64,000 nt of DNA from an uncultured virus (IMG/VR IMGVR_UViG_3300005782_000717) (taxonomy: Duplodnaviria > Heunggongvirae > Uroviricota > Caudoviricetes): IMG/VR virus record IMGVR_UViG_3300005782_000717; one strand, written 5' to 3'. Below are positions 58,413 to 64,000 of the stretch, in pieces. Each line of letters opens with the position of its first letter. The stretch's first letter is position 1. The notes below the pieces were generated by a model. That model searched no databases, was not told the origin of the DNA, and saw only the letters and a program-made list of their open reading frames with translations. Position numbers and translations under genes: made by a program.

Positions 58413-58802
58413 ATGGACATAAGCAAGGCAAAAAAGGTTGTGGAATTGACCAGGGGCGATAGGAAAATACTGGTCACCCTCTACGAGGGCGGCCAGGTGG
58501 CCAGCTGCATTGAGGACGAAGCCAAAAAGCAGTACTGCGAAACCTGCCAGGCGGATGACGAGACCTGCCAACAGTGGATAGAACACCTGAAGGAAAAGGG
58601 TTACCAGGTAACCGAGGTCGAGCTTGGGAAACTGGGGATTGAGGAGAGCCTGCCCAAATTTATTGAGCAGAGAGAATCAGCAGGTACCCCGACCGAAGTA
58701 GTTGAAAAGCTGACTGTGGCGGTGCCGGAGGTGGCTTCAGATGTAGAGCCGGAGGAAAAGCCAGAAGGAGAAGAAGAAAGTGCCGTCAGCGAGCCCGATT
58801 AA
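58413..58802 (+). CDS. Hypothetical protein
   Basis: ORF in operon. Confidence 0.55.
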   Translation: MDISKAKKVVELTRGDRKILVTLYEGGQVASCIEDEAKKQYCETCQADDETCQQWIEHLKEKGYQVTEVELGKLGIEESLPKFIEQRESAGTPTEVVEKLTVAVPEVASDVEPEEKPEGEEESAVSEPD

Positions 58803-59002
58803 GCTCTACCTTGAGGTTTTGGAGGCATACAACAGGGGAGAAGAAGAAGGGGCAGCACAGAAGTTAGCTGAAGCCCTTGGCGCTAAGGAACCCGGCCCCG
58901 TCATAATCAACTCTCTTGATAAGTTTCTTAATTACGGCTCCATGCCGAATGATGTAGCACTACAGATAGTAGCCACAGAAGTATCAAAAAGCAGAGGAAA
59001 TA

Positions 59003-59314
59003 ATGACTGAAAAAAAATGCCCAGTTAAATTAAAACCCATGGCGACGTGGGTTCAGGAAGAAGACCCAAACGGCATTTGTCGGGAGTGCCTTTTAGGTCC
59101 AGTACTTCAGTGGTACCGCGATGAACTGAATGACAAGGGTCATGCCAAGTTCGTGGATGAGCTGAACCAAATTGCTCGTGAAGCTGAGGTTTTACCCTTG
59201 ACTCTTTGTGAAAAGCTTGATAATATAAAAGGTGAGGTGGAAGAACCATTGAGGGAAAGGCTTGAGGAGTTCGATTGTGCCGCTCAAGCATATAAACCTA
59301 AAGATGATTCATGA
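59003..59314 (+). CDS. Cys-containing hypothetical protein
   Basis: ORF in operon. Confidence 0.55.
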   Translation: MTEKKCPVKLKPMATWVQEEDPNGICRECLLGPVLQWYRDELNDKGHAKFVDELNQIAREAEVLPLTLCEKLDNIKGEVEEPLRERLEEFDCAAQAYKPKDDS

Positions 59315-59339
59315 TGATGAAGAAGTTTTTATTTAGGAG

Positions 59340-59567
59340 GTGTCTCCGATGGCCAAAATTAGAATGGCTCAGGTAGCTGGCCTACCGGTCCGAACCCTCC
59401 GGCGAATGGTTGGGATTCCTGCCCACAGGCCCAGCGCTTTCAATGCTTGCATTGGTGCTGCGCTCAGGGGCAAGACATATTCCACCCCTGCAGTCGGAAC
59501 CGGCGGACAGCAAGACAAGAGGATCCAGTCTGCTTTTACTGCTGCGGCTAAGTCCTGCGGTAGATAG
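59340..59567 (+). CDS. Small basic protein
   Basis: Arg/Lys/Ala-rich, strong RBS, terminator-like hairpin downstream. Confidence 0.55.
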   Translation: MSPMAKIRMAQVAGLPVRTLRRMVGIPAHRPSAFNACIGAALRGKTYSTPAVGTGGQQDKRIQSAFTAAAKSCGR

Positions 59568-59649
59568 AAAGCGTAACCTCCACTGACAAAAATAGCCCGT
59601 GGTTTGACCTTTCCCTTCCACGGGCTTCTTCTTAATAAAAAATGAGCTA

Positions 59650-59862
59650 CTACTTCCGCTGCCTGGAAGCCATGGAAAAGTAGCAAGCCTCATTGTGGCA
59701 AGCCTTCCATAGATTGCAACCAGTCTGGACAACGATTTTGCTTTGTTCCTCGTTCGCCGTCACCTTCAAGGGAGAGATGACTATAGAAACATTCTTTTGC
59801 TTCCCCTTATCATCAACGAACTCGCTGCAGACACCCTGCGTGGCCTGTATATTGACTTCCAA
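59650..59862 (-). CDS. Small Cys-containing protein
   Basis: GGAGGT RBS; follows the duplicated promoter/leader. Confidence 0.55.
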   Translation of the reverse strand: MEVNIQATQGVCSEFVDDKGKQKNVSIVISPLKVTANEEQSKIVVQTGCNLWKACHNEACYFSMASRQRK

Positions 59863-59892
59863 TGTTACCTCCTGTGGAAGTATCCGGAAAGG

Positions 59893-60020
59893 CTCTGGAA
59901 TAAAAGGGGCGGGTAGCCCCGAGATTACTCCAGGGTTGCTACCCGCCCCTTGTCTTTATATAATGTGATAAGTTTTCGCCTTTGTCAAGTCCTCCTTACA
60001 GGCAGGATTATCGGTGGCGG
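59893..60020 (-). promoter_or_regulatory. Promoter plus structured leader, copy 2
   Basis: Near-identical to 40511-40638. Confidence 0.7.
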
Positions 60021-60027
60021 TAGTTCT

Positions 60028-60342
60028 CTAGCCCTTAGTTTTTGTGCTCAACATCCACTCCCGCCAGCAGACCTCGCAGGTGCCGCTTATCAAAGTATCA
60101 ACCTTGTTGTGGCATATCATGCACTCGAGGTCTGTGCCATGCTCAACCTGGCTTTGGGCACGCTTTTCCTCAAGATATTCCTCCTCACCGAGGGGCTTTT
60201 CATGTTTCGCAAGCCATCTCCCGTTGGCAATCTGCGCCCTGGTCTTTTTGAGCTCTTCGGCATCGCCTCCCCTGGCCTCTATATCCGCTATCATTGCGTC
60301 CACTTCCTGTATGCTTAGTGTGACTGCAGCCCCTTTCGCCAT
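60028..60342 (-). CDS. Zn-finger hypothetical protein
   Basis: CMIC...CEVC. Confidence 0.55.
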   Translation of the reverse strand: MAKGAAVTLSIQEVDAMIADIEARGGDAEELKKTRAQIANGRWLAKHEKPLGEEEYLEEKRAQSQVEHGTDLECMICHNKVDTLISGTCEVCWREWMLSTKTKG

Positions 60343-60400
60343 TTGCCCTTCACCCCCTTTTTTCTGACTGTATCCTTTTATATACCTGGTTAACTAACCC

Positions 60401-60883
60401 CTACCGGATTGACGCCTCAATTTCGCTCGGCCTTATGGTTTCCGCCAGTTTCAGGGCCACGTCCTTTGCCTCGTCCAGGTCCTCCACCAGCTTGTGTACG
60501 TGTATGTGCAGGGGAACGATGTTTGGATCATACTTGTCAGGATTATAGTGCACATGGAAGTTACTGAAACTTGCCCCGGGTGGCAGCTGCGGCTGAAGAT
60601 ATTCCCTTATCTTGCCCTCCTTTTTCGTGCACTCCCGCTCCCACTCGGGCCCTTTGCCGGCGAATGCGCCATAGGCATAGTCAGTCTTATACTTGACCTC
60701 AATGTCGGTCTCCACCGAGAGCCGGCCGTCGTGGCGGATGATCTGGATGGTGTCGTAGAACTGGAAGTCCTTGGGCCAATATTCCTGGAGGCCGAGCTTG
60801 ACGTGGCAGGCCCCCATCCCATTCTCCACGCACGGGTTGCACTTCATATCGATCTCTTTCAGGTAATCGCAAAATTCAGCCAT
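60401..60883 (-). CDS. Hypothetical protein
   Basis: FHVH / LHIHVH motifs. Confidence 0.55.
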   Translation of the reverse strand: MAEFCDYLKEIDMKCNPCVENGMGACHVKLGLQEYWPKDFQFYDTIQIIRHDGRLSVETDIEVKYKTDYAYGAFAGKGPEWERECTKKEGKIREYLQPQLPPGASFSNFHVHYNPDKYDPNIVPLHIHVHKLVEDLDEAKDVALKLAETIRPSEIEASIR

Positions 60884-61195
60884 CTTTCTAATCCCTCCAG
60901 CAGTCCCAGCACAGGGCCTGGGCTATCCTAGAGTCAATCTCCAGGAATGTCCTGTCTATAACGTATTGGTCCTTCGTTTCGAGAACTCTCTGCAGGTGCT
61001 GCTTTGTCGACTCGCTTATTGGCGACTGTTTGACGCTCTCCAGCGCCTTGTCGAATTGCCCGCTGTGGGCCAGCCTCCTTATCTGGGCGTAGCTCTCCAT
61101 CTCCTCCGGTATCGCGGCCACTACCTTTGCTGCTTCGTCGTTCATTGCCTATCCCTCTGCTTGATGCCTTTGACTAATTCTGTTACTATTATACT

Positions 61196-61594
61196 ATGTC
61201 AACTTGCCCCTGCAAAATCGGCGCAGACCCGAACCGCATGCCAGTCCAGGCCATACAGGACGAGCTGAACGCCCTCATTTACGAGGAGGAGGTCCAAAAG
61301 GCTTGCGACGCCAAGGATCGGGAACTTCTCTCCATCATAATCGCCCAGCCGAAAGCCCATCACTTCGATTTCCTCCAGGGCAAGACGGAGTGGAAGGTTC
61401 GCGGCAAGTGGAAGCGGCCCGACGAGGGCTTTGACATTGAGAGGAATGTCCAGCTCGACGTCGAATTCAAAGATGCCGCCGACGAATGCGTCGGGAAGCG
61501 TGTTATCGAGCTGCTCAAGGCCTACAACACAAAAGTGGTCGGTGAGGAGGTTCTCTACGCCCGAACCATCCCCATCGAAGAAGGTACCCTCTAG
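61196..61594 (+). CDS. Hypothetical protein
   Basis: Biased codon usage ORF. Confidence 0.55.
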   Translation: MSTCPCKIGADPNRMPVQAIQDELNALIYEEEVQKACDAKDRELLSIIIAQPKAHHFDFLQGKTEWKVRGKWKRPDEGFDIERNVQLDVEFKDAADECVGKRVIELLKAYNTKVVGEEVLYARTIPIEEGTL

Positions 61595-61809
61595 TCCTTG
61601 TGCGTCCGGGCGTATTCCTTTTTGGCCTTCTCTATTTCTGCCTCGCTCCAGCCCCTGGGGGTATCCAGCCAGCCGCCGCCTGGCAGCCCCTCTTCCTCGC
61701 AGCGGCAGACATTATGGCGCCCCCTCTGGTATGGCGGCGTGGTTATCTGTAGGTCCTTGCCGCACAGCCAGCACCGGTATTGACCCAGCCTCCTTCTTTT
61801 CGCTTTCAT

Positions 61810-62130
61810 TCAGCCTCCTTTCGCCGCCTCAACTATCTCCGCCAGCTCCGGCGAGGCGTCCTCGACCGGGGTAAACCCGCCCAGGACAAGCCCGAGCTCG
61901 TCGTAGGACCAGTAGACCTCTTGGCCCCTGTAGCCATTGCCATTGGCGGTATGCCCCTCGGTGATGACGTTGCCGAAGGCGGCCTCGAGGGCCCGGACAG
62001 TGGCTCCATTGTCACATGGGACACGCTCGCACACGCCGGTTTCCGAGTCCTTAATCTCCAGTAATCCCAGGCCACTTCCCCAGGACCCGCCGAACTGGAT
62101 CAGCTTGCCTTTTTTAATTTCCACTGTCAT
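61810..62130 (-). CDS. Hypothetical protein
   Basis: RBS AGGAGG. Confidence 0.55.
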   Translation of the reverse strand: MTVEIKKGKLIQFGGSWGSGLGLLEIKDSETGVCERVPCDNGATVRALEAAFGNVITEGHTANGNGYRGQEVYWSYDELGLVLGGFTPVEDASPELAEIVEAAKGG

Positions 62131-62360
62131 GCCTCCTTTCCTTTCTTAAGTTCGGGTATCTGTCTGCCCTGCTTGCTCTTCAAGTAACACCGGTTACCTT
62201 TGCGCCAGTAGCAGGACGGATAGCAATACTCCTGCCCAATCGGGCACTTGGCTACCCTAACGCCTTTGTCATTAGCCACGACAATCACCCCCTTTCTTTT
62301 TATTTGAGCTTACCCGCTCAGGAGAGAGTGGGACCGGCTCCCGCCCTCGGCCTGAATTGG

Positions 62361-62666
62361 TTAGCTGCTTAATCCTGGTATATCCTTAATCTTAGGCTGC
62401 CCAAAATAGAGATCTCTCTCTATCTTCAGCCCCACGGGGCCGGTGATAGATTCCAGCTCCTTCAGCGAGAAGTAACCCCATTCCTTCTCCTGGCCATCCA
62501 CTAGCCCGAAGAAGAGGTCTTCGCCGTCAAACTCCACCGCGTACCAGGTCCAGCTGGTCCAGGGTGTGAAGAACTTTGCAATTACTACCTTCTCATCTGT
62601 CGGGATTTCCTCGCCTTCATAGAGCTTCGGGAATTGCTGCCTAAGTTCTTTGGTGAGTAGTTTCAT
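62361..62666 (-). CDS. DUF2958-like protein
   Basis: KFFTP...WTWY..E...FFGLVDG.E.EWGYFSL.EL...IERDLYF. Confidence 0.8.
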   Translation of the reverse strand: MKLLTKELRQQFPKLYEGEEIPTDEKVVIAKFFTPWTSWTWYAVEFDGEDLFFGLVDGQEKEWGYFSLKELESITGPVGLKIERDLYFGQPKIKDIPGLSS

Positions 62667-63403
62667 TGGTTTACCTCCTTTGTTTGATAAAGCCGGTTCG
62701 AGATCGAGCCATGGTCATAAAAATAGGCCGCCTCCTTTCCAGCTTTGGGCTATCGAGAAAGCGGCCGCGGGCAACAAAAAAACCTCCGGGCGGAGGTTTA
62801 CCGCCTTCCTTTTTCACAGTCTCTGCTGTGACCTATCGTTCCCCTGGCGGGGCCAGCTTTGGCACCTTCAAGAAAGACTCAAAGGTTGCCGTGCGGATCA
62901 TCGGGCTGGTTCCCTAACCGCAACTCTCAATAGCTCCAGGACTTATTCAATTGTTAATGTGCAATTTATATTTGGTTCCACATTTATATTACCGCTAGTA
63001 ATATACTAGGAGGGATACAACACTCGGCTATAACGCATAAATCATCTCCTCCCTATCCTCAGCGCCCACCATAATTTCAGACTCTGCTTTAGGTGAAGCC
63101 AACTCTCCCTCCGCATAAACACCAGCCAAGTCTTGTCTCTGGGTAAAGCCAGGGCCTCAATTAGCCGCTTACTGGACCGGTGTATCAGCTCTACCGTCTG
63201 CTCTAGTTTCATACTGCCTCCTTAGTCTGCACAGGGGATAGTAAACTCCCCAGAGCAGCTCCCGCAGCGGATATAGTGCCAGGGCCCCAGGCTGGCAGTG
63301 GGGATTTGGGGTTCTTTCAAGTCTAGGCTAACAAACCCCGCATCCGTGAGCTTCTCCTTTTCCCCACAGTAGGGGCACTGGATGTTGTCATACTCGCAGA
63401 TCT

Positions 63404-63604
63404 TCAAGGCCTCACCTCCATTCGTATGGTTTCCCAGGCATCTTCACCTGGGACAAGACCCAGGCTATGCCCGTCATCCCAAGTGATATGGACTGTACCT
63501 AATGCGTCCACAAAATCAACGGTTCCCTCAGTACCAGGGGCAATGCTTGTATAGGGATCGGGGCAGGAAATGAGCCTTACTCTATCACCTGCTTTATTTG
63601 ACAC
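63404..63604 (-). CDS. DUF4314-like protein
   Basis: GDRVRL...DPY...GTEGTV..VD..GT.H..WD.G..LGL.PGED. Confidence 0.8.
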   Translation of the reverse strand: MSNKAGDRVRLISCPDPYTSIAPGTEGTVDFVDALGTVHITWDDGHSLGLVPGEDAWETIRMEVRP

Positions 63605-63700
63605 TCCTCACCTCCTTATACTTTAGTGTCTACTGTTAAATGGCGCACCCCGCCGACCCGGGCACAAAGGGGAAGGCCCAGGCCGACAGGATGCATGTAC

Positions 63701-64000
63701 CTAATGGTGGCTATGGCACATCGGGCAGTAGGTGTGGTGGGTTTCCTCGCTGGCGAAGGTGGCGGCGACTTCCCTCACCCGCCCGATCTGTGCCGGCTCG
63801 GTGATCAGGTGGCTCGACGCCCAGGTGAGCAAATTCATCATCTCGTAGCTGTTGCGGGGTGGTTCCTGGATAGCCCGGGACCTGATGACGTCAGCAATCT
63901 CGCCGCCGATCTTGGCCCTTTTGAGCATTTCCTCGAGTATGAGGGCCCGCTGCTCCGCGGGTATGCGGTCCTGCATCATCTCCCGGTAGCGGTTGACTAT
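63701..64000 (-). CDS. C-terminal part of a hypothetical (DUF932-like?) protein, truncated by the window
   Basis: SYEMMNLLTWASSH motif. Confidence 0.4.
   Translation of the reverse strand: MVNRYREMMQDRIPAEQRALILEEMLKRAKIGGEIADVIRSRAIQEPPRNSYEMMNLLTWASSHLITEPAQIGRVREVAATFASEETHHTYCPMCHSHH

Larger units (their letters stand above)
1..64000. mobile_element. Temperate virus / integrative element, apparently non-tailed and in excised or free form; continues beyond both window edges
   Basis: Integrase, attP-like tRNA half, repressor/Cro pair, RecT, replication initiator plus DnaC-like loader, long virion-like operon, no housekeeping genes. Confidence 0.85.

Overview
The whole window looks like one temperate bacterial virus or integrative element, probably in excised or free form because an intact attP-like tRNA-Gly half sits next to a tyrosine integrase with element genes on both sides. 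The host is unknown; an anaerobe such as Chloroflexota/Dehalococcoidia is only a guess. Left arm (1-22.9 kb): integrase, repressor/Cro switch, tRNA-Met, RecT-like annealing protein, PD-(D/E)XK nucleases, DNA methyltransferase, initiator with iterons, DnaC-like loader. Right arm (23-52.5 kb, minus strand): a long virion-like operon with LamG, CARDB, dockerin and beta-helix proteins, many paralogues and two caspase-fold proteases, but no recognisable terminase, portal or tape measure. Upstream in that operon is a lipid/meroterpenoid cluster (type III PKS, UbiA prenyltransferase, polyprenol kinase, reductase, SCP2-like). The most striking content is three different putative guide-RNA arrays: (1) a 36-nt-period dual-spacer TIGR-like array at 5277-5690 with no Tas gene in the window; (2) a stand-alone Cas7/RAMP-like gene followed by 13 TGAAGCCGAG repeats whose spacers are built as NNN(TG-NNN)n, with lengths quantised at 28/33/38 nt; (3) a second RAMP-like (Vipr-like) gene and a ParB-like gene interleaved with six (GGY-NN)n tracts. 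Systems 2 and 3 sit in cassettes bounded by copies of a shared junction motif. All calls come from reading motifs by eye; no searches were run.
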